Assembly: GCA_030141605.1 (NCBI GenBank)
Contig: JAQGDQ010000049.1
Span: 310,001 to 374,000, forward strand
Direction of reading: 5' to 3'
DNA: 64,000 nt
DNA from: Tubiluchus corallicola
Taxonomy: Eukaryota > Animalia > Priapulida
Positions 42,200 to 54,000 of the stretch are shown here, piece after piece. A program made the translations under genes and the position numbers. Numbering within the stretch: the first letter of the stretch is position 1; each line of letters opens with the position of its first letter. The notes beneath the pieces are model-generated. The model saw nothing but the letters and a program-made list of their open reading frames with translations. It ran no database searches and had not been told where the DNA came from.

Positions 42200-44996
42200 A
42201 ATTCTCTATTTAATATATTTATACATATACATATATATGCATAATAGCTTACATACAAGTTCTATCATCTTTATACTGATGTTCAGATTTTATTTCTCTT
42301 TTTACTTTGCAGAAAATCAAATTTTTGCCTGTTTTTACCTAAATTTATCATATAAATAAATACATACATTTGTTGTATAATCCCTATATTTATATGTTGT
42401 ACACCTGCTTTTAGCACATGTTTATGATTTCATAGAAAAGTATCTCAATTATAACAGTTTCATTTAATTATATTGAACAGTATTTCTGGACATTTTCTCT
42501 AAAAGGCCTATAGTTTAACTTATACAGTTGAATCATGCATTGCAACTCTATTAGACTGCTGGCTGAGTATGAATCTAGCATTTCATGATGCATTTTTAAA
42601 TTACATTATCAATTGTTTTTCTACTGCAGTCCTTAAATGAAGAGAAAATGAATTTCCTAAATATTCAGGATATGACATTAATAAAACTGTCTGAATGTTT
42701 ACAAAGCTGAGTGTTTACTACCATCACTCTTTTTCAACTTTCCCATTGTTGACACTTAAGAGTCATTCCGCGAGAAAACCATGCAAAAGTAAAAAAATAG
42801 TGGAAGGTGACAAATCACCGATTTTGTTCATATTCACAGGGTTGGATGATCCCCTCAGATGTACCCCACAGCCAAAATATTAGATATCAAAAATGAGCCG
42901 TTTCGGAGATAGGCCGCCATTTTGATTTTTTTCGGATTTTGGCCATTTTGACGTAAAAAAATGAACTATATTTGTCACATCATTACAGGCAGTAAATGAA
43001 TGATCCAGGACTAGTTGCTGGGTGGTATATATAGTAGGGGTCTTGCCCTATTGCCACATTGAGTTTGATGAATTGAGATTCTCTTTCAGCAGGTATCATG
43101 AGCTCATGAAAGATGCGTGTCTGCTACAGTCTGAATGACACCCTGTTTTAAAATTCTCATAACTCCACTGGGGCGGGTATTTGAAGTATAATTAATATAT
43201 GTTTATTTACAGCTTGACCAGGCATACTTAGATCATTAATAAAATTTTGGCCAGCTCGTCCATAAATTGACGAGATTCGATCTTGAATGTGACCTAAATA
43301 GGAAAAAATTAGTACGAATTATTCATAATTCTGAATAAAAAAAATGAAAATTTCAAAAAGAAACGATAAATTACAGTTTCTGTCTCTCTCTGTCTCTCTG
43401 TGTCTCTCTGTGTTTCTGTCTGTCTCTCTCTGTGTCTCTCCGTGTCTTTCTCTGTGTCTCTCTCTATCTCTCTGTGTCTCACTCTGGATCTCTCTGTCTC
43501 TCTCTCCCTGTCTCTCTGTGTCTCTGTCTGTCACTCTCTGTCTCTGTCTCCCTTTGTCTCTCTGTGTCTCTCTCTATCTCTCTGTGTCTCTCTGTGTCTG
43601 TCTCTGTGTCTCTCTCTCTGTCTCTCTGTGTCTCTCTCTGTCTCTCCATGTCTCTCTGTGTGTGTGTCTCTCTCTCTCTGTTTCTGTCTCTCTCTCTCTC
43701 TGTGTCTCTCTCTGTCTCTCAGTGTTTCTCTCTCTGTGTGTGTCTCTCTCTGTCTCTCTGTGTCGCTCTCTGTGTCGTCAAATTACAGATTATGTTTCTT
43801 ATACCTGGGCAACTAAATATAGGCATGTTATGCAATTTCGAGGAGATAATGTTGAAATACAGAATATAAAATGTACACCCTTAAATTTGCCACTTGGAAA
43901 TAATGAAAGGAAAATAGAATCCATTGCCATGTCCTTTTTAACTGGCCAGGGGAATTTTAACAGCTTTTTGTATAGACTTAATATGTGTGATACTAGTTTA
44001 TGTCCATGTGGAAAAGAAGAGCAAACTCCTCAGCACATTTTATTCAGATGTAATAAAATAGATAATGCAAAAAGAATGCCGTTCATGGAAATAGCTGATG
44101 CCAATTATACACGTAATATTATGCTTCAATCTGATAAAAATTTAATAATGGCTTTCACTAACCTGATCAGGGACAATTTTATACTAAGTAACTGTTAATT
44201 TAGGCCCGCTCCAGTATAAAAAAATAAATTATGTAGTTGTGTAAAGTTAATTTGTTTGTATAATACTTGTGATTCGTTTGAAATTATATCTAATTTAAGT
44301 ATAAAATGTTATTCGTTGTACATAGTGTGAAACTGGATTTAAAAGATTTGTTATGTGAAAATGTAAATTGTTAATCTGAGCCTGCAAAAAGAGGCACCTT
44401 TGTGTATATATATTCATTTCTTTAATAAAGATTTATTATTATTATTATTAATAATAAATGTATCGCTCTCTGTCTCTCTGTGTCTCTCTCTGTGTCTCTG
44501 TGCCTCTCTCTGTCTCTCTGTGTGTCTCTCCGTCTCTCTGTGTCTCTCTCTGTCTCTTTGTGTCTCTTTGTGTCTCTCTGTGTCTCTCTCTGTCTCTCTG
44601 TGTCTCTCTCTGTCTCTCTCTCTGTCTCTGTCTGTCTCTCTGTCTCTGTCTGTCTCTCTGTGTCTCTCTCTGTCTCTCTGTGTCTCTCTATCTCTGTGTG
44701 TCTTTCTCTGTCTCTCTGTGTCTCTCTCTGTCTCTCTCTGTCTCTCTCTCTGTGTGTGTCTCTCTCTGTCTCTCTGTGTCTGTGTGCCTCTCTCTGTCTC
44801 TCTGTGTCTCTCTCCGTCTCTCTGTGTCTCTCTCTGTCTCTTTCTGTCTCTCTATGTCTCTTTGTGTCTCTGTCTGTCTCTCTGTCTCTCTGTGTTTCTC
44901 TCTCTGTCTCTGTGTCTCTCTCTCTGTCTCTGTCTGTCTCTCTGTGTCTCTGTCTCTGTGTGTCTCTCTCTGTCTCTCTGTGTCTCCATCTGTCTC

Positions 44997-45061
<65 letters not shown>

Positions 45062-48000
45062 GTGTCTCTCTCTCTGTCTCTCTGTGTCTCTCTCTGTCTC
45101 TGTGTGTCTCTCTCTGTCTCTATGTGTCTCTCTCTGTCTCTCTGTGACTCTCTCTGTCTCTCTGTGACTCTCTCTGTCTCTCTGTGTCTCTTTTGATAAG
45201 GAGGTTACCATAGCAACACATAGTAGCAGCTTACTGTATGTATTATCAATTATTAGCTTATTATTATTTACTATAGTGCGACTTTTCATTGAATATTGGC
45301 GAATAAAAAATAGTCGTGGACGTAAAGAATTTGTTGTTGCCTTTTTGTTATTTTGAAAATTTGCGATTATAAGCGTCAGCGCCCTGATTCTCGTTAGAGT
45401 TTAGTTGAATATGGTAGTCGGTGTATATGCGTATATCTTTACGAGACGGTGGAAACCTGGCGGTTAAATACAATATGAGCGAATGGCTTGAAACATACGT
45501 TGCACAGAGTGGAATCAGTATGTAACGGCCGAGGCAGGGTCGTACTGGCCTTTGCTGCGTTTCTTAACCAGTTTTTTTGTTAATGCCCGTTGTTAGTAAG
45601 CAGAAGTCTGGTTATCGAAGTTGCCACACCAGGGTGTTAGTAACTATTAACTCGAATTGATTTGAGGAAAAATATCAGGGACTGACAACTATTCGCCTGT
45701 TGAATACAAGACAACACAAAGCTGTGCGCGTTATAAAAATTGGCTCGCAACATGTTATATTCGATGCTCGCGGCGGTTTCAACACAATTTCACAAATAGT
45801 GCCTTGCCTCGCCTTGTCCACCTTACTTTAGAATCTTGTTTAGCAAAGCTAACCCTTTTTGACTGAAGTCTATTTTTCAGTCAAGACAGTGGGGCCCTCC
45901 CGAGGCCCCCGTATTGATCCACGGGCCATAGGTATATAGCCCGAGCACTTGTACACGAAACTGTTATTATGTACATGAAACTATTCCGTGTTTTATACAG
46001 ATTATAAAAATCACTATGTTGTAATCGTCACGGGGGCCCTTCGAAGGGAATGCGGCCCCCTGATGAGGGGCCTGGTTGCTAGGAGTGCCCAGACATCTAA
46101 AGCCAGTCCATTACTACTATAAACATTGACGTTGCTGCACTTTGTATCAATTCTAATGGCAACACCGTCATCCAAAGCGAATAGCTAAATATAGGTCAAG
46201 GTTGTGAAAATGGCAAAAAAGAGCAACTTTGGCTAAAAATTCTGGACTCTTGGGAGATCGCTGGCCAAAATTTTATTTCATGCATTTGTAGGACTAGTCA
46301 AGCTGCAAATAAAAACATATTGATTAGTCCCCCAATACCCGCCCCAGTGGAGTTATGGGGATTTCAAAATGGCGTCTAAATTCAGCAGCAGCAGACACGT
46401 ATCTTTTGCAATCTGATGACGCCAACTGAAAAGGAGGTTCAATTTGGCAACGATAATGGTACGGTAGGGTAAGACCCCTACTATATATATCACCAATTAA
46501 CTAGTGCTGGATCGCTCATTTACTGTCTGTAATAACGTGAGAAATAATGGGCAATTTTTTACGCCAAAATGGCCAAAATCCGAAAAAAATCAAAATGGCG
46601 GCTTTTCTCAGAAACGGCTCATTTCTGAAATCTAATATTTTGGCTGTGGGGTACATCTGAGGGGACCATCAAACCCTGTGAATATGAACAAAATCGGTGA
46701 TTTGTCACCTTCCACTATTTTGCTGATTTTCTCACGGAATGACTCTTAATATGCTGAATCTTAAGATAAAAATGTTTTGTCAGTACTAGACATTAAATGA
46801 GTCCTAGTATAATACAAATATGAAGTATCATTATTTTCATATTTTATTTGCAAGCAAGCAATTTTTTGAAGGCTGTGCGAAATTCTGGGCTACGTGAATA
46901 AATCAGTGGATAGATTATAACTCTTGAATAAGACAACATGTGGACAAATGTGTACAACTTTTGAGAAATGGCATCTATGTATATGTGAACTACAGCTTCA
47001 GTTATGACGTAAAATAGAAACAGCACTGTAAAATACAGCACAACTAATCCCATTGTAGTTGTGCTTTTCCTCTGTACTTTTGCATTTACGCTAGATACAT
47101 GAAAGTTGCCTAACTCTGCTGACACTCTCATTGCTTGTTGATGAGCTTTACGCCATATTGCACCATAAACAAAAAGAAGTGCAACACCTGGTAAAATATA
47201 CAAAACAATAAATAACACTTGGACATAGGTTTGTGAAAAGTTCCAGTAACATGGAATTCCCATTCTAATCCAGTTTGGCAATAGAAAAAAACTAAGCATC
47301 AAAGCAGCGAGTACCCAAGCGATGACCATACCCACCAAAGTCTTCTTCGGAGTTACAAATGCGTGATAACGCAATGGCAAGAATATGGCGATGCATCTTT
47401 CGATTGCAATTAGCCACAAAACATAGAAGTCGGCAGTTGTAAAATGCCACCATATGATTTTATGGAAACAAATGGCATTGGGAGATACATCAGACCTTTT
47501 TAGAAGTCTTGTTAAACGAAGTATGGCAAAAAGTAATAAAGCAGTCACCATGAGAACTCCGTCAATTGCCGTGGAAATTATGCCGAAGTTTCTGCACACA
47601 CGCAGAGCACGGTACCTTGCAAATGATGCTAAAATAAGCACATTAACAAACAATGCAAGTATTGAGATAATCAGCACATAAAAATGGTATGTGATGCCAA
47701 TCATATTGTAAATTTCTCGCACTTTGGCAGATGCGCTTGTATTATTATTCTGCATTACGTATACTTCGTCAAAAAGCATGTTTTTCCGAGAATTGTTGCA
47801 CTGTGTATGTTCTAAATGTTATATGTTCCTTTTGACAAGTTTATAATTCTTCTGATGCTAGATTGATAGCATGATAAACATCTGTCCAATTAATATCCAG
47901 TCCTTTATACACAGTGCATTAATGCTAACAATGACTTTGGAAAAGCTATTGTGCTATTGTCATTGAAATGTGTGCTTTGTTGTTGACGCAAATGACAGTG

Positions 48001-51000
48001 AACAAGAGTGTAAATTGATGTTGCAAATATGGGCATTGGTCAATTATCGCACCTATGCAAGTTCCAGCAAAATCGATTGATAGGCACTTCTGTTTTTGTT
48101 TTATTTGTTGACTTTTGCTGTTGCGGGTATTGACATTGCTACTTTATGACTATACGTGTGATACTTAGCACTTAGTTCTCTCCAAGCTAGAAGACCCTTA
48201 AGGTAGACTTTTCTTCTCCAAGCCCTTCTGTCCTCTGCCACTGCTTTGACCTCGCTCCTGCTCCTCTATCCTGCATAACTCCTGTCTGCTTTCACTGTCC
48301 TTCTTCATGTTGTTCTCAGTCTACCTCTTGCCCTTCTTCCAGTGTCCATTCCATCACTGTCTCACAGTTATGCTCACCTTTCCTCCGCAGGACTTCTCCA
48401 ATCCAATTCCAACCCCTTCTCACTGCATTTATTTATACCCTGTTCGTTACCTTTAGATTGGTCACCCGCTCCTGCCATTTAATACTTATTTTCCTTCTCA
48501 GGCACTTGAACTGGAATGTGTCAAGATTCCCTCCTTCTGTCTTCGTGATCTTCCACGCCTCACTTCTGTACATTAACACCACCACCGAGCTCAACAGCGA
48601 TTTGAATAATTTTATTTTGGTCTTCGCCGCAATGCTCCTTGCTCTCCAGATCTTGCCAAGTCTCCCATGTGAAGTCCTTGCTTTGTTTAGCCTGCTTTAT
48701 ATCCTGCATTCTTCCTCCTGTTCTTGACATTAGGTTCTTGATAATTCAACTAAAATTCTTTTAATTATAAAAATCGACAAAATCAATCCTCAGCTTGACA
48801 AGAGCATAGGAGATGCAGAAAACATTTCAGAAGTGCATGTTCTACATTTATTTCCAAGAGACCAGTGGACATAGTCTGGGAGAATGAGCAGAATTTTTGC
48901 CTCGCTGCCGATAGGTGCTGTTTAATAGACTCACTTTAGGGTGGAAGTGTTTTGATCCAATTACCTAACCAAATTAACCAACAAAGTGACGTAAAGATGA
49001 CATAAAAGCAATAAAAGCTCTTTGGCCACACACAAGTGTCTTTAAGTACATCAAGCAAAAATAGTGAGTCAGTTATCGAGCCAGTTGCCAGTGGTTTTTT
49101 TTATACATTTGAATAGGAGTTGAGTGGCCCATACCAAGCGTTTTTGAGTCAATAAGGCGACTGAGTCTAACAGCACCTATTGTGTAAATGCCTAAAAATA
49201 GTTGGCTATTACCAACTCAAGAAATATTGATCACAAAGTAGTTCTTATTTAGCCTTTTTCCATTACATTTGATAGCATTATTATTATTGCTGTTGTTATC
49301 ATTATTGTTATTACTGTTAGCATTAATAAGTTATAAGCTGAACGAGTCGTAACAATTCCAAGATGTTACATTCATGAATAATTTACAAGCATGCTCTTTT
49401 GTAGCCATAAGCAGTGGAGCTCTAGAGGAATTCTTCAAAATGTTTGCTAACATGTTTTATAGTACTATTATTGATATTTGTTGCCATAATTCAACTGCAT
49501 GAAAACTCCCAAGTTAAAGTCTTTTTGATGAAACATATGTAATGAATAATAGTAATACAGCAAGGGCATCTGTCAATGTACAAGATATTTAAGTGATTGA
49601 CATCATATAGCATTTTTCACATGCTAACTATCTCAACACTTGCATTGAGTGTTAATGTGCTTGTTTTGGGAGAATGTGAGACATTTAGTGAGCCTGGGAA
49701 GTACTGCATTGAAAGCTCCAACTTGCAAGTGAAGATTGTAATTGCTGTTTACATTTTCATGATTTACATTAGCATTTCGACTGATGCAGCTTTCCTTCCA
49801 TGCATTGACAAGGAGAGAGAGTTATGTCTCATCTTTATTACTTTGGGAGCCGCTCATAAGTCATGTCATTTGCTATACATAACACATTTATAACAATTTT
49901 GTGTACTAAAATACAGTGAAAAGGCCTACGATGAACATAGTACAATTTTTTACTTTTTCTGAACAAGAAAAGCCTCACACTCATGTCTGCCTATATATAA
50001 GTGCTAATGTGTTGCTGGGCAACAAAAAACAGTTCTTGTAACATTGTCCCGCTCTGTGAAAGTAAAAAATGTAATGAATATAAACGAAAATTATGAGGTG
50101 AATCGGCGATAAAGAAAATATTTAGTGCTACAGAGTGGAATGATACAATAAATGAAGATCATATATTGGATGATATGGGAGATACAAAGACTATTATTTG
50201 TTAAAATATTTGTTGTAATATTAGACATGTGCGTACACAAATTAAGATAACTGGATTAAGGTACCTGGACTGTTTTGCCACTACTGTGAGGATGGATACT
50301 GATAGAAACTTTAACTACTCAGTGGTATTTACTCAAAATTTGATTTTATTAGCGTTTTTTAAATCTAGTAGTGGATCTGTTATTTTTTGTAGATTGGCAA
50401 ATCTCATTCCAGACTTTTAGTCCTTGAAATATTATAAAATGTTTAGCTATGCAGGTTCTATAGAAAGACACAATGTATTGAAATTCATGTTATGAGTTCA
50501 TATGCCTTCATATACCTGTATGGTAGTTGCCAGGTCAAACCATTGATTTGCTTGCTTTTATTGTTGCTTTGAATATGTATGATGCTGTGTTGTTAATTCT
50601 GCCATTATGTTAATTTCAAAAATTGTTTTTTCTTACTTTTTTCTTGCACATTATTCCTAACGAAGTTCAGTTCAAGCTTATTGATATGATTTTAAAATAA
50701 CTGTGTCTTAAAGGTGTAGAATTTAGTTTTGATGCTGATGGTGTCAACCGTGATCGTTTGTTTACTACTGGCAAGCTGAAATGCAGAGTTTCGTGGGGAG
50801 TTTCTACCGTTGGCGTGCCATTAATACCACCTAAAATTCCTGCAAGCAGCAATATTCTGAGGTAAAATACAAATAAAGGAGCAAAATCTTTTCGATTTTG
50901 GTTTTTATATACAGAAAGTTTCAGTTAAGTTCAATCTTCGTCTTGGTCGACTGTTGTTTTGTTGATCATTTTGCATAGCTGTAGGTGAACAAATTGGCTG

Positions 51001-54000
51001 GTACTGTATTAAAACTGTGACAAGAACACAATTCTGCTAATGCAACCTTAATTGGTTTTAATCGTATCATTTAATGATGTGTAGTCCCCGATAAAACTTT
51101 TTCGTTTGGTTAGCAGCTCTAAGTGGCTTCTGTTTTGTTTTGGTGTTGAACAAATTTGGAGTAATTATGTGAATTTACTTATGTGAAGGTTGTATTTTAT
51201 AAATTAAGTAAAGCTTTCGCACTTCTATTGTCTGCTTATGTACCTAGAGCCATCAGTGGTACCTTTTATGTTTGTGTTAAATGAATTGTATTTCAATGAA
51301 ATGAAGAATTGTATTTCCTACACAAGCTCGTTAAACTAATGAAAATAAGAAAATGAAATGCAAAAAATTGCCCTATATCTATATAATTGTGAAGATCACC
51401 CAAGAATCTTTTTTACCTTGTGTCTGTTGGCATCTACTCGTCCCAATAATACGTTGATAATACATACAAACTTCTTTGCAAACAATTAAAACATGACAAC
51501 ATGCATTATTTTACATGACACGTGACGTCTACACTATGTTTACGACTTGGCGGAGTATATAGCAGCCTCGTACAGTTGGCATTGTATCAAGAAGCTGCTG
51601 GTGCTAGTTGAGACTACTGGGTGGTATTTGCCCATTGAACATATATGTTAATTTGCTTGACAAGTGGCAGATAGCGTTTTTTTTATATACAGTTGAATGT
51701 AGCCATTTTGTTCTTGGCCATTTGCAAGCTGTAAACGAGTTTGGCAGTATAACTGGGGTTGGTATAATGTTTGACTGTATATTATTATGTGACTGCCCTA
51801 CATTCATAACAACTGACTAATTCAAAATTATTACTTGTACGGTTTTACGTATGTCGTTATGTTTTAGTGCTCTCAGAGGCATGGATGCAGTATCCGCTCT
51901 CGGGCAAACTGGGCTACAGGATAAACAGAAACTCTACGACTGGGTAGTGAAATCTCATTTGGATCCGAATCATCCAAGTAATGCTGCTTTGATGCAGCTG
52001 ATGCAAGTAAGCTCGTACATACTTGTAGAATTACCAAATTATGAACAAAATTACTTTTAAGTTTCTCTGATTGTAATTTAAAGATAATTTTTTCTCCCAT
52101 TCTTCTTCTTTTGTTACTCTAAACATCTATTGTAGACATTGAGCCTCTGTCCTTTATTGAAGCACTCCACTGTTTCCTGTCTGCAGCTAAAATTTTTAGT
52201 TCATGTGATGCTATTGTTAATCTTTATTAATTCTTGATATCCAAGTTGTTTTTGGTTTGCCTGGAGGTCGTTTAGCAGGTTTCAGTACCTCGTTCAATGC
52301 TAATCTTACTGATGTTGTTTCTGGCAATACCATCTTAGTCTTCTGATTCTAATTTTAAATGTTCTTCTTTGATTCTGTTACTCAGCTACTCATTTGAAAT
52401 GATATATAGCCATTTTATTTTTAAGGTTTTTCTGACTTCTTTGAAATACATTTATTTCTGCTTCCTGAATTGCAGTCATTGTTGTACATGAAGATACTAG
52501 TTACATTTATATTTAAGAGCTGCAGCCTTGTTTTGAGGGATATTTACTCGCTGGTTAGAATTGATTTATTTTGGATAAAACCATACATTGCCCTTTGTTT
52601 CCTATTTTTAATACCAACTTCTGTGTTGAGTAGCAATCCCATGTCTTTGCAACGGTTCCAGGGTTGGTCTCCATCGGTAAATAAGTTATATTCTTCTCGC
52701 TTATGCAGCTTGAAATTTTTGAAGAGTGCGAGCGAGCGAATGCTCTCTTGCCTTTAAATCAGTAAATAATTATTGAATTGGTTCAGGTTTCCCTAGAACA
52801 TTTGAGTAAATTATAGTCATTGTTATATTGTCTGTCAATGCAGTATTTAAGTCTAAATACTTTAAATATGCACTATGCTAGGACTTAACCACTGCAGTTA
52901 AGCAATGCTAGATTTGAATGGATGCATATAGCAGGATTGTTTCTGGCCAGTTTCATAATCATATTGCCTTCAGCTTTTTCTCTGGTTGGTCATACACCAA
53001 ATATTATAATCATAAATGTATTTACTACAATACTGTGAACTCACTGCTGTATTTTGTGAAAATAAAAATCTTAAAATCTCGAAATTTAAAACCAGTCAAG
53101 AATATATGGACTGCTAGATACCCAACTAAACCAGGAAGCAAAAGGGTCAAAGTTGAAACAATAAAACCAGTACGAATAGAAAAACTTGGCTTACTATAAG
53201 TTTGAGTAACCACAATTTCACTTTACATTTCTATTATTTGTATTTAGGACTGGCTTAGTTTTTGCAGATGATGACTGCATAAGTAAAACGCGAAGACATT
53301 CAGATTGATACTTGTCTTCAATAAAATTATGATATTCTCAGTGGCGGTTGTAGCTATTTTATTTTTGTTGAAACTAAGATTTCCAACTTGTAGATTAACA
53401 AATACATTTATATCTGCTTATGATAAAATTTTAAGTGTAGCTTGGCTGTCTTTCCTGACACTCTGTACATACGTCCGAGTACGACTAAGATAGCTTTGCT
53501 GGTTCAAATAACTCATATCAGAAAATGCTTCATAATGACCTATCCTGCCACAACAGTCAACATAATAGTCAACCCCTAATGTTGAGCTCGGCTGGCTTGC
53601 AGTATATACAGATGATTATTACAATTGCAGCAAGAAAAAATAACAGAAATCACTTGTGATACAGTTTGAATCAGAACCTTTCAACTTGTCAATTAAATAA
53701 ACAGTTTAACACTTTTAAATTATCACTGTTACCTATTGGTAGGAGGCTGAAGCTGCTATCTGCACAAAGGCAACTACTTGCCAAAACCAAATCCAGTTAA
53801 CCAAAACGGACTTGATTATTGATTTCAGATGGCAGACGGGACGCACAATCTTCAGCCACCGGACTACTTTCGTATAGAGCAGCTTCAGGAACCATTCAAT
53901 TTCACTACAGATGAGCAGATACAAAATGCACCGAGATTCAAGCTGTTGCGCTTGCGAGAAAGAGAAGTGCCAGAATTCAAAAACTACAAGATGGTTGCCA

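Larger units (their letters stand above)
42760..46745. mobile_element. Non-autonomous DNA transposon with ~500-bp TIRs, Sola3-like
   Basis: TTAA|GAGTCATTCCG ... CGGAATGACTC|TTAA. Inverted homology can be followed from 42760 to ~43256 and from ~46259 to 46745. No transposase ORF. GAG termini, a TTAA target and very long TIRs are the described Sola3 hallmarks. Confidence 0.8.

Noticed and set aside
43344-45289. Long SLC/VSL-rich ORFs, including the 284-aa ORF running into a CCHC domain
   Set aside because: Stop-free microsatellite read-through. The only real coding part is the truncated LINE C-terminus.
46055-46100. Hammerhead ribozyme candidate (CTGATGA followed by a stem; also CTGATGAG at ~11803 and ~56562)
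   Set aside because: The required GAAA core after stem II and a compatible stem I/III are absent.
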